Origin: a virus
Taxonomy: Duplodnaviria > Caudoviricetes
Direction: 5' to 3' (one strand)
Virus record (IMG/VR): IMGVR_UViG_3300016467_000213
Location: 1-36,517 of that record
DNA: 36,517 nt
Shown here: positions 8,478 through 18,225 of the stretch, piece after piece
How the letters are laid out: every line of letters starts with the position of its first letter
Position numbering within the stretch: the first letter of the stretch is position 1
Translations under genes and position numbers: made by a program
Notes under the pieces: generated by a model
What the model was told of the DNA's origin: nothing
Seen by the model: only the letters and a program-made list of their open reading frames with translations
Database searches by the model: none

Positions 8478-8545
8478 GGGTCCTTCCGGGGGAATCTGAC
8501 GTGGGTATTTCGCGCGCGCGGCTTTTGGCTAGCGTGAGAAAAATC
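8478..8545 (+). other. Lambda-like cos packaging site (cosQ-cosN region)
   Basis: GGGTCCT (lambda cosQ) at 8478, then CGCGGCTTTTGGCTA at 8517 versus lambda CGCGGGTTTTCGCTA; upstream of a gpA-type terminase. Confidence 0.7.
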
Positions 8546-8579
8546 AAATCGCCCAACTGAGAACGGTTCGCAACAACGC

Positions 8580-9833
8580 ATGACAGCAGATCCCAGCCTC
8601 ACGATTGCGATGGCAAAGCGGATCGAGCTTTGGCCGGTAGAGCGGCTAAGGCCTTACGAACGCAACGCAAGGACACACAGCACGGAACAGGTGGCGCAGA
8701 TCGCTGCGTCGATTGTGGAGTTCGGGTTCACCAACCCGATCCTGGTGGACAGCAGCGATGGGATCATTGCCGGGCATGGCCGGCTGGAGGCTGCGCGGGA
8801 GCTGGGGCTGAAGACGGTGCCGGTGGTGGTGCTCGACCACCTGAGCGACCGCCAGCGCAAGGCTTACATCCTTGCTGACAACCAGCTGGCGCTGAACGCT
8901 GGGTGGGACACGGACCTGCTGCGTGCGGAGCTGCAGGATCTGGCGGAGCAGGAGTTTGACCTGAGCCTGATCGGCTTCAGCGATGACGAGCTGGCGGACC
9001 TGCTGCCGGACATTGAGGAGCTGCCGCCGGAGGGTGCGGATGAGGACGCGGCACCTGAGGTGCCCGAGGAGCCGGTGACGAAGCCGGGGGATGTGTGGCT
9101 GCTGGGAAAGCATCGGGTGATGTGCGGAGACAGCACATCAATTGCGGAGGTGGAGAAGCTGATGGCGGGGGCGAAGGCTGACCTGCTGCTGACGGACCCG
9201 CCGTACAACGTGGCCTACGAGGGCAAGACCGCTGATGCGCTGACGATCCAGAACGACTCGATGGGCGACGAGGACTTTCGCCAGTTCCTGCGCGACGTCT
9301 ACACGGCGGCGGATGTGGTGATGAAGCCCGGCGCGGTGTTCTACATCTGGCATGCCGACAGCGAGGGCTACAACTTCCGTGGTGCGGCCCACGACGTCGG
9401 CTGGCAGATCCGGCAGTGCCTGATCTGGAACAAGAACAGCCTGGTGCTGGGCAGGCAGGACTACCAGTGGAAGCACGAGCCCTGCCTGTACGGATGGAAG
9501 GAAGGTGCTGGGCACTACTGGGGCAGCGACCGCTCGCAGACCACGGTGCTGGACTTCAACCGGCCCAGCCGCAACGGGGAGCACCCGACGATGAAGCCGG
9601 TGGAGCTTTTCCAGTACCAGCTGGAGAACAGCAGCAAGAAGGGCTGGGTGGTGCTGGATCTCTTTGGCGGTTCGGGCACGACGGTGATTGCGGCGCAGAA
9701 GGCTGGCCGCCAGGCGCGTCTGATGGAGCTAGACCCGCGCTACTGCGACGTGATCGTAAAGCGGTGGCAGCAGTTCACGGGCAAGACGGCCAAGCTGGAG
9801 GGGAGCGGCGAGCCGTTCCCGGCTGACGCATGA
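8580..9833 (+). CDS. ParB-like domain fused to N6/N4 DNA methyltransferase (beta order)
   Basis: PYERNARTH, FGFTNPILVD, IIAGHGRL; TDPPYN; HPTMKPV; DLFGGSGTT; ELDPRYCDVI. Confidence 0.95.
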   Translation: MTADPSLTIAMAKRIELWPVERLRPYERNARTHSTEQVAQIAASIVEFGFTNPILVDSSDGIIAGHGRLEAARELGLKTVPVVVLDHLSDRQRKAYILADNQLALNAGWDTDLLRAELQDLAEQEFDLSLIGFSDDELADLLPDIEELPPEGADEDAAPEVPEEPVTKPGDVWLLGKHRVMCGDSTSIAEVEKLMAGAKADLLLTDPPYNVAYEGKTADALTIQNDSMGDEDFRQFLRDVYTAADVVMKPGAVFYIWHADSEGYNFRGAAHDVGWQIRQCLIWNKNSLVLGRQDYQWKHEPCLYGWKEGAGHYWGSDRSQTTVLDFNRPSRNGEHPTMKPVELFQYQLENSSKKGWVVLDLFGGSGTTVIAAQKAGRQARLMELDPRYCDVIVKRWQQFTGKTAKLEGSGEPFPADA

Positions 9834-10348
9834 ACCTGCTGCAGTACGCGCAAGACCGCGGGGTTGAATACACGCAGCTCAGCAAGTGGGCTGGGCAAGG
9901 CCGGTTCAGCACTGACGCGCTGCGGAAGGAAGGCCGCAAGTGGATCGTGGCTGACGCGCAGGAGCTGGACCGCCAAGTGGCGGCTGCCAAGGCGCCCGAT
10001 CGTGGCGGCCGAGGTGGTGCGCCGTCGATCGACCAGGCGCTGGTGCAGCAGCAGAACCAGGCTGCCGCCATCCCGTCCTTTGCGCAGTCGCGGGCGATCC
10101 GCGAGGCGTATGCGGCGCGGCTGACGCGACTGGAGTTCGACCAGCGAAGCGGCAAGCTGGTGGACAAGGCCGAGCTGAAGATGAAGCTGGCCAAGCTCCA
10201 CATGGCGGTGCGCGATGCGCTGCGGACGATCCCGGACCGGGTGGCACCTATCGTGGCGGCCGAGACCGATCAAGCAAAGATCCACGCGATGCTGCTGAAG
10301 GAGATCGGGCAAGCCCTGGAGGGCCTGAGCGGTGCCATCAGCGATTGA
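9830..10348 (+). CDS. Terminase small subunit (Nu1-like)
   Basis: N-terminal HTH-like segment, RLEFDQRSGKLVD and RDALRTIPDRVAP; directly precedes the large subunit. Confidence 0.8.
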   Translation: MNLLQYAQDRGVEYTQLSKWAGQGRFSTDALRKEGRKWIVADAQELDRQVAAAKAPDRGGRGGAPSIDQALVQQQNQAAAIPSFAQSRAIREAYAARLTRLEFDQRSGKLVDKAELKMKLAKLHMAVRDALRTIPDRVAPIVAAETDQAKIHAMLLKEIGQALEGLSGAISD

Positions 10349-12203
10349 TGATCTGCTGCAGGTCTGCCGGGAGGCGCTGCGGTTTGAGGCCGATCTCACG
10401 GTGAGCCAGTGGGCGGACGCGCACCGCGTGCTGTCAGGGAAGGCGTCGGCGGAGCCTGGCCCGTGGCGCACGGACCGCACGCCTTACCTGCGCGAGGTGA
10501 TGGACTGCCTGAGCACGACCAGCCCGGTGCAGCGGGTGGTGCTGATGGCTGGCGCGCAGCTTGGCAAGACGGAGGGCGGCGCCAACTGGCTGGGCTATGT
10601 GATCGACCACGCGCCCGGTCCGATGCTGATGGTGCAGCCGACCGTGGACATGGCGAAGCGGTTGAGCAAGCAGCGGCTGGAGAGCCTCATCACCGAGACG
10701 CCGGTGCTGTCGGAGAAGATCGCGCCAGCGCGCAGCCGGGACTCCGGGAACACGATGTTCAGCAAGGAGTTCCCCGGCGGGATGATGATCCTGACTGGTG
10801 CGAACAGCGCAACGGGACTGCGCTCAACGCCTTGCCGGTACATCTTCCTCGATGAGGTTGATGCGTTCCCTGGGGATGTGGATGGCGAGGGCGACCCGGT
10901 GACGCTGGCCGAGCGGCGGAGCACGACGTTCAGCCGGCGCAAGATCTTCATGACCTCGACGCCAACGGTGAAGGACTTCAGCCGGATCGAGGCTGAGTAT
11001 CTGCTGAGTGATCAGCGGCGGTTCTTTGTCCCCTGCCCCTGCTGCGGGGAGATGCAGTGGCTGAAGTGGGCGCAGCTCAAGTACCAGGACAACGAGCCGA
11101 GCACGGTGCAGTATGAATGCGAGGCGTGTGGCGAGCGGTTCTCAGAAAGCCACAAGACGCGGATGCTGACGGCCGGAGAGTGGCGGGCGACGGCGCCGGG
11201 CGATGGCAAGACGGCAGGGTTCCACATCTCATCGCTCTACAGCCCGCTGGGCTGGAAGAGCTGGGAGGAAGTCGTCGAGGATTTCCTGCGCGCCAAGGGC
11301 GATGCACCGCGCCTCAAGACGTGGGTGAACACAGTGCTGGGCGAGACCTGGGAGGAGGACTACGCCAGCAAGGTGAGCGCCGATGGCCTGCTGGAGCGGT
11401 GCGAGCACTACGAGCCGGGCGTGCTGCCGGAGGCTGCGCTGGCGCTGACGGTGGGCGTGGACGTGCAGGACAACCGCTTGGCCGTGAGCGTGTGGAGCTG
11501 GGGGCGCGAGGAGGAAGGCTGGCTGGTGGATCACCAGGAGATCTATGGCGATCCGTCGCGGCCGGAGCTGTGGAAACAGCTGGATGAGGTGGTGCTGCGG
11601 GAATGGCCGCACGCGCTGGTCGGCAAGCTGCGGCCGGATGTGGTGGCGATTGACTCCGGCGGCCACTTCACGGCGGAGGTTTACCAGTACGCGCGCGAGC
11701 GCGGCCGGCAGGGCGTGGTGGCGATCAAGGGCCAGAGCCAGCGCAACAAGCCGCCGATCGGCAAGCCCGGCAAGGTGGACGTGAACTACCGGGGCAAGAC
11801 GCTGAAGCGGGGCGCGCTGGTCTACCCCGTGGGTGGCGACACGGTGAAGACGACGCTGTTCGGCAGGCTGAAGCACAACGAGCCGGGCAGCGGTTACCTG
11901 CACTTCCACATGAAGGCGACGGCTGAGTATTTCGAGCAGCTGACGGCGGAGAAGCAGGTGCTGCGCTACAACCGTGGCGGCTTCCCAGTGCGGGAATGGG
12001 TGAAGAAACCAAGTGCGCGCAACGAAGCGCTGGACTGCATGGTCTATGCCTACGCGGCATTAAATCTGATGTACCAGCGGTACGACCGGAGAACGATCTG
12101 GGATCAGCTGGAGAAGCGTCTGGAGAACGGAGATGCGAAGCCTGCAAAGCCGCGCCTAAGATCGGGTGGAGCCGCGGCGTCGGCGTTCGTCAACAGCTGG
12201 TGA
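10332..12203 (+). CDS. Terminase large subunit (lambda gpA family)
   Basis: TPYLRE, AQLGKTE, FLDEVD, TSTPT, CPCC..CEAC, GVDVQ, IDSGG, RNEALDC. Confidence 0.97.
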   Translation: MPSAIDDLLQVCREALRFEADLTVSQWADAHRVLSGKASAEPGPWRTDRTPYLREVMDCLSTTSPVQRVVLMAGAQLGKTEGGANWLGYVIDHAPGPMLMVQPTVDMAKRLSKQRLESLITETPVLSEKIAPARSRDSGNTMFSKEFPGGMMILTGANSATGLRSTPCRYIFLDEVDAFPGDVDGEGDPVTLAERRSTTFSRRKIFMTSTPTVKDFSRIEAEYLLSDQRRFFVPCPCCGEMQWLKWAQLKYQDNEPSTVQYECEACGERFSESHKTRMLTAGEWRATAPGDGKTAGFHISSLYSPLGWKSWEEVVEDFLRAKGDAPRLKTWVNTVLGETWEEDYASKVSADGLLERCEHYEPGVLPEAALALTVGVDVQDNRLAVSVWSWGREEEGWLVDHQEIYGDPSRPELWKQLDEVVLREWPHALVGKLRPDVVAIDSGGHFTAEVYQYARERGRQGVVAIKGQSQRNKPPIGKPGKVDVNYRGKTLKRGALVYPVGGDTVKTTLFGRLKHNEPGSGYLHFHMKATAEYFEQLTAEKQVLRYNRGGFPVREWVKKPSARNEALDCMVYAYAALNLMYQRYDRRTIWDQLEKRLENGDAKPAKPRLRSGGAAASAFVNSW

Positions 12204-12207
12204 GGCC

Positions 12208-12777
12208 GTGAACATCCCTGCCGAAATCAGAGCCGGTGACACGGTGAAGTGGCGCGATGTCGCCAGCCGCGATGTGTTTGGCAACGCGATCGACAGCAGC
12301 AGCTGGACGCTGACCTACTACCTGCGGTTCGACAAGAACAACGAAGGCGCGACGGTGGTGGGCACGGCCTACGGCACCGGCTGGGAGTTCACGATCTCGC
12401 AGGCCACCAGCACCGGGTTCGATGCCGGCACTTGGTACTGGCAGGCGGAAGCCACCAAGAGCGGCGAGCACATCACGCTGGGCGCTGGTCAGCTGACGGT
12501 GCTGGCCGGCATGAGCTACGCCGGCAATCCTTCGGCGTTTGATGGCCGCACGCAGGCGCAGAAAGATCTCGACGCTGTGCAGGCTGCGATCCGCGCGATG
12601 ATCTCGGGCGGCGCTGTTGCTGAGTACAGCATCGGCAGCCGGCGTCTGAAGAAGATGGAGCTGAATGACCTACTGGCGTTTGAAAGTACCCTGAAGGCAG
12701 CGGTCAAGCGTGAGCAGGCAGCCCAGCTGCACGCCAATGGGCTTGGCAACCCGCACAACCTATTCGTGCGCTTCTGA
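12208..12777 (+). CDS. Head completion / adaptor protein (gpW-like C-terminus with N-terminal beta domain)
   Basis: Between terminase and portal; AIRAMISGGAVAEYSIGSRRL. Confidence 0.65.
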   Translation: MNIPAEIRAGDTVKWRDVASRDVFGNAIDSSSWTLTYYLRFDKNNEGATVVGTAYGTGWEFTISQATSTGFDAGTWYWQAEATKSGEHITLGAGQLTVLAGMSYAGNPSAFDGRTQAQKDLDAVQAAIRAMISGGAVAEYSIGSRRLKKMELNDLLAFESTLKAAVKREQAAQLHANGLGNPHNLFVRF

Positions 12778-14360
12778 TGGGCATCCGATCCTCAATCCTT
12801 GGCTGGCTGCAGCGGGGCACTGACCCGGTGCCAGCACCACGGCGCCGGATGTATGAGGGCGCGCGCGTCAGCCGGTTGACGAGCGACTGGGTGACCGGCG
12901 GCACCAGCGCCGATGCTGAGATCAAGGGCAGCCTGCCCCGGCTGCGGAACCGCTCGCGCCAGCTGGTGCGTGACAACGACTACGCGCGCCAGGCGATCCG
13001 TGCGGTGCGGAACAACGTGATTGGCACCGGCATCAAGATGCAGGCGCAGGTGCGGATGCAGCGCGGCGGTGGCCGGCTGGATCAGGCTGTCAACGATGCG
13101 ATCGAGCTGGCGTGGTCTGACTGGGGGCGCAAGGACAGCTGCCACACTGCTGGCCGGTTGAGCTTCACCGACATCGAAAGATTGCTTGTCGGCGCAATGG
13201 CGGAGTCCGGCGAGGTGTTTGTGCGGATGATCCGCCAGCCGTTCGGCAACAGCCGGGTGCCGTTCGCGCTGGAGATCATCGAGAGCGATCTGCTGGATGA
13301 CAACTACACAGGCGCCAGCACGATCGAGGGCAACGAATGGCGGATGGGCATCGAGCTGAACCGCTGGGGGCGGCCGGTGCAGTATGCGTTCCTGACGAAG
13401 CACCCCGGCGACTCGACGTTTGGACCGAGCACCACGGCACGGCATCGGCTGGTGCCTGCTGCTGAGGTGCTGCACCTGTACCTGCAGGACCGCCCCGGCC
13501 AGACCCGCGGTGTGCCCTGGCTGGCAAGTGCAATCCAGCGGCTGCACATGCTGCAGGGCTATGAGCAGGCCGAGGTGGTGCGCGCGCGTGCGAGTAGCAG
13601 CCTGATGGGTTTCATCACCAGCCCTGAGGGCGAGCTGCTGGGTGATGAGATCTACGACAACGAACGGGTCAGCAACTTCGAGCCCGGCGTGTTCAAGTAC
13701 CTGGCACCGGGTGAGAGCGTGACGGTGCCGCAGCTCGATGCACCGGACGGCCAGCTGGAGCCGTTCCTGCGGGCGATGCTGCGCGCGATGGCTGCCGGCC
13801 TGGGCTGCAGTTACGAGACTGTGAGCCGTGACTTCAGCCAGACGAACTACAGCAGCAGCCGGCTGAGCCTGCTGGAGGACCGCGAGAACTGGAAGGCGCT
13901 GCAGCAGTACATGATCGAGAACTTCCACCGGCCGGTGTTTGAGGCATGGCTGGAGATGGCGGTGCTCGGCGGTGCGCTGAACCTGCCGGCCTACGAGACT
14001 GATCCTGATCGTTACCGGCGTGTGCGGTGGATGCCGCGCGGCTGGGCGTGGGTGGATCCGGCCAAGGAGGTGCAGGCGTACAAAGACGCCGTGCGCTGCG
14101 GGTTCAAGACGCAGGCGGATGTGGTGGCCGAGCAAGGCGGCGACCTTGAGGAGCTGCTGCTGGCGCGCAAGGCCGAGGTGGATCGTGCCGAGGAGCTGGA
14201 CCTCTACTTCGACACCAACCCAGAGAACGAACACGAGGCGATGGAAGATCCTGCAATGGAGCCGGTAGAGACTGCCGCTGAGGCTGCGGACGTTGCTGAG
14301 GCAGACGCCACCGATAATGGACAGGACAACACCGAGGACACCGATGGACCTATCGCGTGA
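12777..14360 (+). CDS. Portal protein (lambda family)
   Basis: LRNRSRQLVRDNDYA, GEVF, RPGQTRGVPW, NYSSSRLSLLE, WVDPAKE. Confidence 0.97.
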   Translation: MGIRSSILGWLQRGTDPVPAPRRRMYEGARVSRLTSDWVTGGTSADAEIKGSLPRLRNRSRQLVRDNDYARQAIRAVRNNVIGTGIKMQAQVRMQRGGGRLDQAVNDAIELAWSDWGRKDSCHTAGRLSFTDIERLLVGAMAESGEVFVRMIRQPFGNSRVPFALEIIESDLLDDNYTGASTIEGNEWRMGIELNRWGRPVQYAFLTKHPGDSTFGPSTTARHRLVPAAEVLHLYLQDRPGQTRGVPWLASAIQRLHMLQGYEQAEVVRARASSSLMGFITSPEGELLGDEIYDNERVSNFEPGVFKYLAPGESVTVPQLDAPDGQLEPFLRAMLRAMAAGLGCSYETVSRDFSQTNYSSSRLSLLEDRENWKALQQYMIENFHRPVFEAWLEMAVLGGALNLPAYETDPDRYRRVRWMPRGWAWVDPAKEVQAYKDAVRCGFKTQADVVAEQGGDLEELLLARKAEVDRAEELDLYFDTNPENEHEAMEDPAMEPVETAAEAADVAEADATDNGQDNTEDTDGPIA

Positions 14361-16242
14361 TCTTGAAGGGCAGCTATTGAAGCGCGCCGAGGTAGCTGAC
14401 TTCACGGTCAGCGAAGACGAGCGTTCGATTGAGTTCCCCTTCTCTAGCGAGTACCCCGTCGCCCGTTATTTCGGGAATGAGGTGCTGGCTCACACCCGTG
14501 AGGCAGTTGACCTTGCACGTTTGAACGACGCAGCACCCCTGCTGTTTAACCATGACCCCAACAAGGTCATTGGCGTGGTCGAGCGTGCCTGGATCGACAG
14601 CAAAAGCAAGCGCGGCTTTGCTCGCGTAAAGTTCAGCCGCAACTCCTTTGCGCAGGAGGTGCTGGCTGATGTGCGTGACGGAGTTATGCGCAACGTGTCT
14701 GTTGGTTACCAGATCAACGACATGGAGCAGCGCGGCGAAGATTTCGTGGCAACTCGCTGGAGTCCGTACGAAATCAGCGTTGTTAGCATACCTGCGGACC
14801 CCCACCAAACTGGATTCGGGCGCAAGCTTGATTCCGAACTTGCGGCCCCAGCCGCATCAACACCCCCTCAACCAATAGAAACTGAGGTTTCCCAGATGGA
14901 AAACACCCCCGACATCTCGGCGGTGCGGGCTGAAGCGGCTGCTGAGGCTGCAAAAGCCGAGCGCGCCCGCATTGCCGGCATCACTGCATTGACTGAGAAG
15001 CACGGCATGGCCGATCTTGGTCGCCAGCTGATCGAGTCCGGCCGCAGCCTCGATGAGGCCCGCTCTGCTGTGCTCGACAAGCTGGGCGCCAAGCCTGTGG
15101 AGACCGTCGCCCCTGTGGAGATGGCATCCGATGAGCGCGCTGCTTACAGCTTGACCGCTGGTATCCGCGCAATGCTGACCGGCGACTGGTCCTCCCGCGA
15201 GGCTGGTCTGGTGCGTGAGCTGTCCCGCGAGGTGGAGAAGTCTGGCATCAGCAAGACCACTGAGCGCAGCTTCTTCGTTCCCTTCTCTGCACTGGGCGGC
15301 CAGCGTGCCACCTATGTGACCTCTGGCGCTACTACCGGCGGCAACCTCGTTGCCACCGACCTGATGGCCGATGAGTTCATCGAGTTCCTGCGGAACAACG
15401 CCCTGATGCTCCAGCTTGGTGTTCGCACCATGCCTGGCCTCGTGGGCAACGTGGCGATCCCCCGCCGCTCCGGTGTGGCTTCGACCTACTACCTGAGCAC
15501 TCAGACCACCGCGATCACCCAGTCGGAGAGCACCTTCGACCAGGTGACCATGAGCCCCAAGAACCTGGCCGCTCTGTCCAAGTACAGCCGCCAGACCCTG
15601 CTGCAGGGCACTCCTGGCATCGAGCAGCTGGTGCGCCGTGACCTGACCGATGGCATCAACCTCGCCATCGACCTGGGTATCCTCAACGGTTCTGGCTCCA
15701 GCGGCCAACCCACCGGCATCATGCAGACCTCCGGCATTGGCTCGGTGGCCATGGGCACCAACGGTGGCGCGATCACCGTCGAGAAGGTGGTGGATCTTGA
15801 GTCTGCAGTGATGCAGGCCAACGGTGTGGTGAACGCCTCCAACGTGGCCTACCTCACCAACTACAAGGTCTCCGCTGCTCTGAAGAAGCTGCGCGCTGGC
15901 GGCTCCACCACCGGCGATGGTCCGTTCCTGGTCAACGATCAGCTGAACGCCATCGGCCGCGGTCCTACCCCCGCCAACCTGAACGGCTACCCTCTTGCCC
16001 TGACCAACCAGGTTCCCAGCAACCTGACCAAGGGCACCAGCAGCGGCGTCTGCTCCGCTCTGGTGATGGGTGACTTCTCGCAGGCCATGGTGGGCTTCTG
16101 GGGCAATGGCCTCGAGATCACCGTGGGCGAGGAGAGCGATGACTTCGCCAAGGCTCTGACCAGCGTTCGTGGCATCGTCACCTACGACGTGGCTGTGCGC
16201 GATCCCAAGAGCTTCGCTGCCATCCTCGACATCACCACCTGA
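14344..16242 (+). CDS. HK97-type prohead protease fused to scaffold and major capsid protein
   Basis: PLLFNHD, VSVGY, EISVVSIPAD (protease); ERARIAGI linker; GGNLVATD, LNGSG..QPTGI, GDFSQ (HK97 fold). Confidence 0.95.
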   Translation: MDLSRDLEGQLLKRAEVADFTVSEDERSIEFPFSSEYPVARYFGNEVLAHTREAVDLARLNDAAPLLFNHDPNKVIGVVERAWIDSKSKRGFARVKFSRNSFAQEVLADVRDGVMRNVSVGYQINDMEQRGEDFVATRWSPYEISVVSIPADPHQTGFGRKLDSELAAPAASTPPQPIETEVSQMENTPDISAVRAEAAAEAAKAERARIAGITALTEKHGMADLGRQLIESGRSLDEARSAVLDKLGAKPVETVAPVEMASDERAAYSLTAGIRAMLTGDWSSREAGLVRELSREVEKSGISKTTERSFFVPFSALGGQRATYVTSGATTGGNLVATDLMADEFIEFLRNNALMLQLGVRTMPGLVGNVAIPRRSGVASTYYLSTQTTAITQSESTFDQVTMSPKNLAALSKYSRQTLLQGTPGIEQLVRRDLTDGINLAIDLGILNGSGSSGQPTGIMQTSGIGSVAMGTNGGAITVEKVVDLESAVMQANGVVNASNVAYLTNYKVSAALKKLRAGGSTTGDGPFLVNDQLNAIGRGPTPANLNGYPLALTNQVPSNLTKGTSSGVCSALVMGDFSQAMVGFWGNGLEITVGEESDDFAKALTSVRGIVTYDVAVRDPKSFAAILDITT

Positions 16243-16250
16243 TAGGAGAC

Positions 16251-16279
16251 GGGGGCGGGCAACCGCCCCCCTTTTTTTT
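16251..16279 (+). terminator. Rho-independent terminator after the capsid gene
   Basis: GGGGGCGG-GCAA-CCGCCCCC followed by C and T8. Confidence 0.9.
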
Positions 16280-16281
16280 CG

Positions 16282-16461
16282 ATGAAGGTTCTGATCTCAA
16301 GCGACTGCGCCGCTCAAGGTTCATTCCTTGAGGCTGGCAAAGTGTATGAGCTGGACACTGAGGTGGCCCAGCAGCTGCTCCGTATGGGGCGCGCTGTTGA
16401 TGCCCCTGCTGAGGAGCCCAAGCCGCGCGCGCGCAAGGTGAAGGTCGATGGCGCTGACTGA
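16282..16461 (+). CDS. Small protein after the capsid gene (lambda FI position), 59 aa
   Basis: Translated by hand: MKVLISSDCAAQGSFLEAGKVYELDTEVAQQLLRMGRAVDAP...; overlaps the next start. Confidence 0.75.
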   Translation: MKVLISSDCAAQGSFLEAGKVYELDTEVAQQLLRMGRAVDAPAEEPKPRARKVKVDGAD

Positions 16462-16726
16462 AGATCTGGGCGTCTTCCTGAATGACTTCGGCATCAGCTG
16501 CACGGCTGGCGCTGTGACGGCGCTTGGCATCCTCGACATGCCGACGCAGGTGCTGGCCGGCGAGATGGTGCTGAGCACCGACTACACGCTGACCGCACGC
16601 TTTGCCGATTTTGGCGGTTTGAAATACGGCGACCCGATCGCCGTGGCGGGTGTCAACTATCAGGTGCGCGAGACGCGCCAGCTCGATGATGGTGCTTTCG
16701 TGGAGATAGGGCTCCAGAAGGTATGA
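16448..16726 (+). CDS. Head-tail joining protein (gpFII-like)
   Basis: Position; GDPIAVAGVNYQVRE..DDG motif. Confidence 0.75.
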   Translation: MALTEDLGVFLNDFGISCTAGAVTALGILDMPTQVLAGEMVLSTDYTLTARFADFGGLKYGDPIAVAGVNYQVRETRQLDDGAFVEIGLQKV

Positions 16727-17151
16727 CGACACGCCGCGAGACCATTCTTGCCGCAGTACGCACGGCGCTCACCGGCACCGCTGGCGTCGGCACGCGGATC
16801 TACCGCAGCCGTGTGGAGCCGATGGCACGGGCAGAGAGCCCGGCAATCGTGGTGGAGCCGGTGCAGGATCAGGCGGAGCAGAACACCAGCTTGCCCACGC
16901 TGGACTGGAGCCTGACGGTGCGGGTGGCTGTGATCGTTCGCGGTGCGATCCCTGATCAGCAAGCAGACCCGATCGTGGAAGACATGCACGGGAAGCTGAT
17001 GGCAGACCTGACGCTGGGCGGCTACGCGATCGACATCCAGCCGGTCAGTGTGAACTTTGAGATGGTGGAAGCGGATCAACCGGCTGGCGTGATCAGCTGC
17101 GACTATTTGATCCGCTATCGCACCAGTGTGACTAATCTGGCAACAGCGTGA
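16723..17151 (+). CDS. Tail terminator protein (gpU-like)
   Basis: Position before tail tube; RETILAAV, PAIVV, DLTLGG, YLIRYRT. Confidence 0.7.
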   Translation: MTTRRETILAAVRTALTGTAGVGTRIYRSRVEPMARAESPAIVVEPVQDQAEQNTSLPTLDWSLTVRVAVIVRGAIPDQQADPIVEDMHGKLMADLTLGGYAIDIQPVSVNFEMVEADQPAGVISCDYLIRYRTSVTNLATA

Positions 17152-17318
17152 TGGCTACGATGGTGGACGAATACCACGGGCAAGGCGGGACCTACCTGCT
17201 GGACCCGAAAACCGGCAAACGGAAGCTCATCGAGCGGACAGAGCCGGCCAATCCCTCACAACCCCCAACAGAGGTAGAGAGCGATGGCTCTGACACGCAA
17301 GAGACTCATCCAGGTTAA
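17151..17318 (+). CDS. Small hypothetical protein before the tail tube gene
   Basis: Translated by hand: MATMVDEYHGQGGTYLLDPKTGKRKLIERT...; TGATG coupling to the upstream gene. Confidence 0.6.
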   Translation: MATMVDEYHGQGGTYLLDPKTGKRKLIERTEPANPSQPPTEVESDGSDTQETHPG

Positions 17319-18213
17319 GAAGGAAAGCACCTACGGCACCGACAGCACCCCTGCCGGAACTGATGCCCTGCTGGTACGCAACCTGGAGATCACCCCGATC
17401 GAGGCTGATGTCGTCAGCCGTGATCTGATCCGCAACTATCTGGGCAACAGCCCGCAGCTGCTGGCGAACACCCGCGTGAGCATCACCTTTCAAGTGGAGC
17501 TGGCAGGTTCCGGCACTGCAGGAACTGCCCCCCGCTACGGCGCTCTGCTCCAAGCCTGCGGCCTGTCTGAGACGATCGTGGCCAGCACCAGCGTGACCTA
17601 CGCGCCGGTCAGCAGCAGCTTCAGCTCTGCCACGATCTACTTCAACAACGACGGCATCCGCCACATTCTGACCGGCTGCCGCGGCACCTTTACGCTGTCA
17701 GCCGAGGTGGGAGCAATCCCCACCCTCGACTTCACCATGGTTGGCGTCTACAACGCCCCGACCGACACGGCGCTGCCAACAACCACCTACAGCGCACAAG
17801 CCAGCCCGCTGATCTTCAAGCAGGGCAATACCAGCAGCTTCCAGTTCTTCAGCTATGCCGGCTGCCTCCAGTCGGTCAGCTTCGACATTGCGAATGAGAC
17901 GGTCTACCGCGAGCTGGTGGGCTGCACGAAGGAGATTCTGATCACCAACCGCGCTCCCAGCGGCACAGTGCTGATCGAGGCTCCGGCGCTGGCGACGAAG
18001 GATTACTTCAACATTGCTCAGACCGAGACCACTGGAAACCTCACCTTCCTGCACGGCACTACTGCCGGCAACCGTGTCACCTTCACCGCTGGTCAGTGCG
18101 ACATCTCCAATCCGTCCTACGCGGATCAGGATGGCGTGCAGATGCTGAGCATCCCCTACGTTGCGGTGCCGACCACGGCCGGCAATGATGAGCTGAGTCT
18201 CGCTTTCACCTGA
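17284..18213 (+). CDS. Major tail tube protein
   Basis: KKESTYGTD, VELAGSGTAGTAPRYGALLQACG; Thr/Ser-rich; precedes the chaperones. Confidence 0.9.
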   Translation: MALTRKRLIQVKKESTYGTDSTPAGTDALLVRNLEITPIEADVVSRDLIRNYLGNSPQLLANTRVSITFQVELAGSGTAGTAPRYGALLQACGLSETIVASTSVTYAPVSSSFSSATIYFNNDGIRHILTGCRGTFTLSAEVGAIPTLDFTMVGVYNAPTDTALPTTTYSAQASPLIFKQGNTSSFQFFSYAGCLQSVSFDIANETVYRELVGCTKEILITNRAPSGTVLIEAPALATKDYFNIAQTETTGNLTFLHGTTAGNRVTFTAGQCDISNPSYADQDGVQMLSIPYVAVPTTAGNDELSLAFT

Positions 18214-18225
18214 TAGGAGCCCTGC

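Noticed and set aside
12792-14405. 537-aa antisense ORF, and other long shadow ORFs such as 17698..18594 and 26820..27701
   Set aside because: They lie exactly opposite well-supported genes, are expected from GC-rich codon bias, and show no motifs
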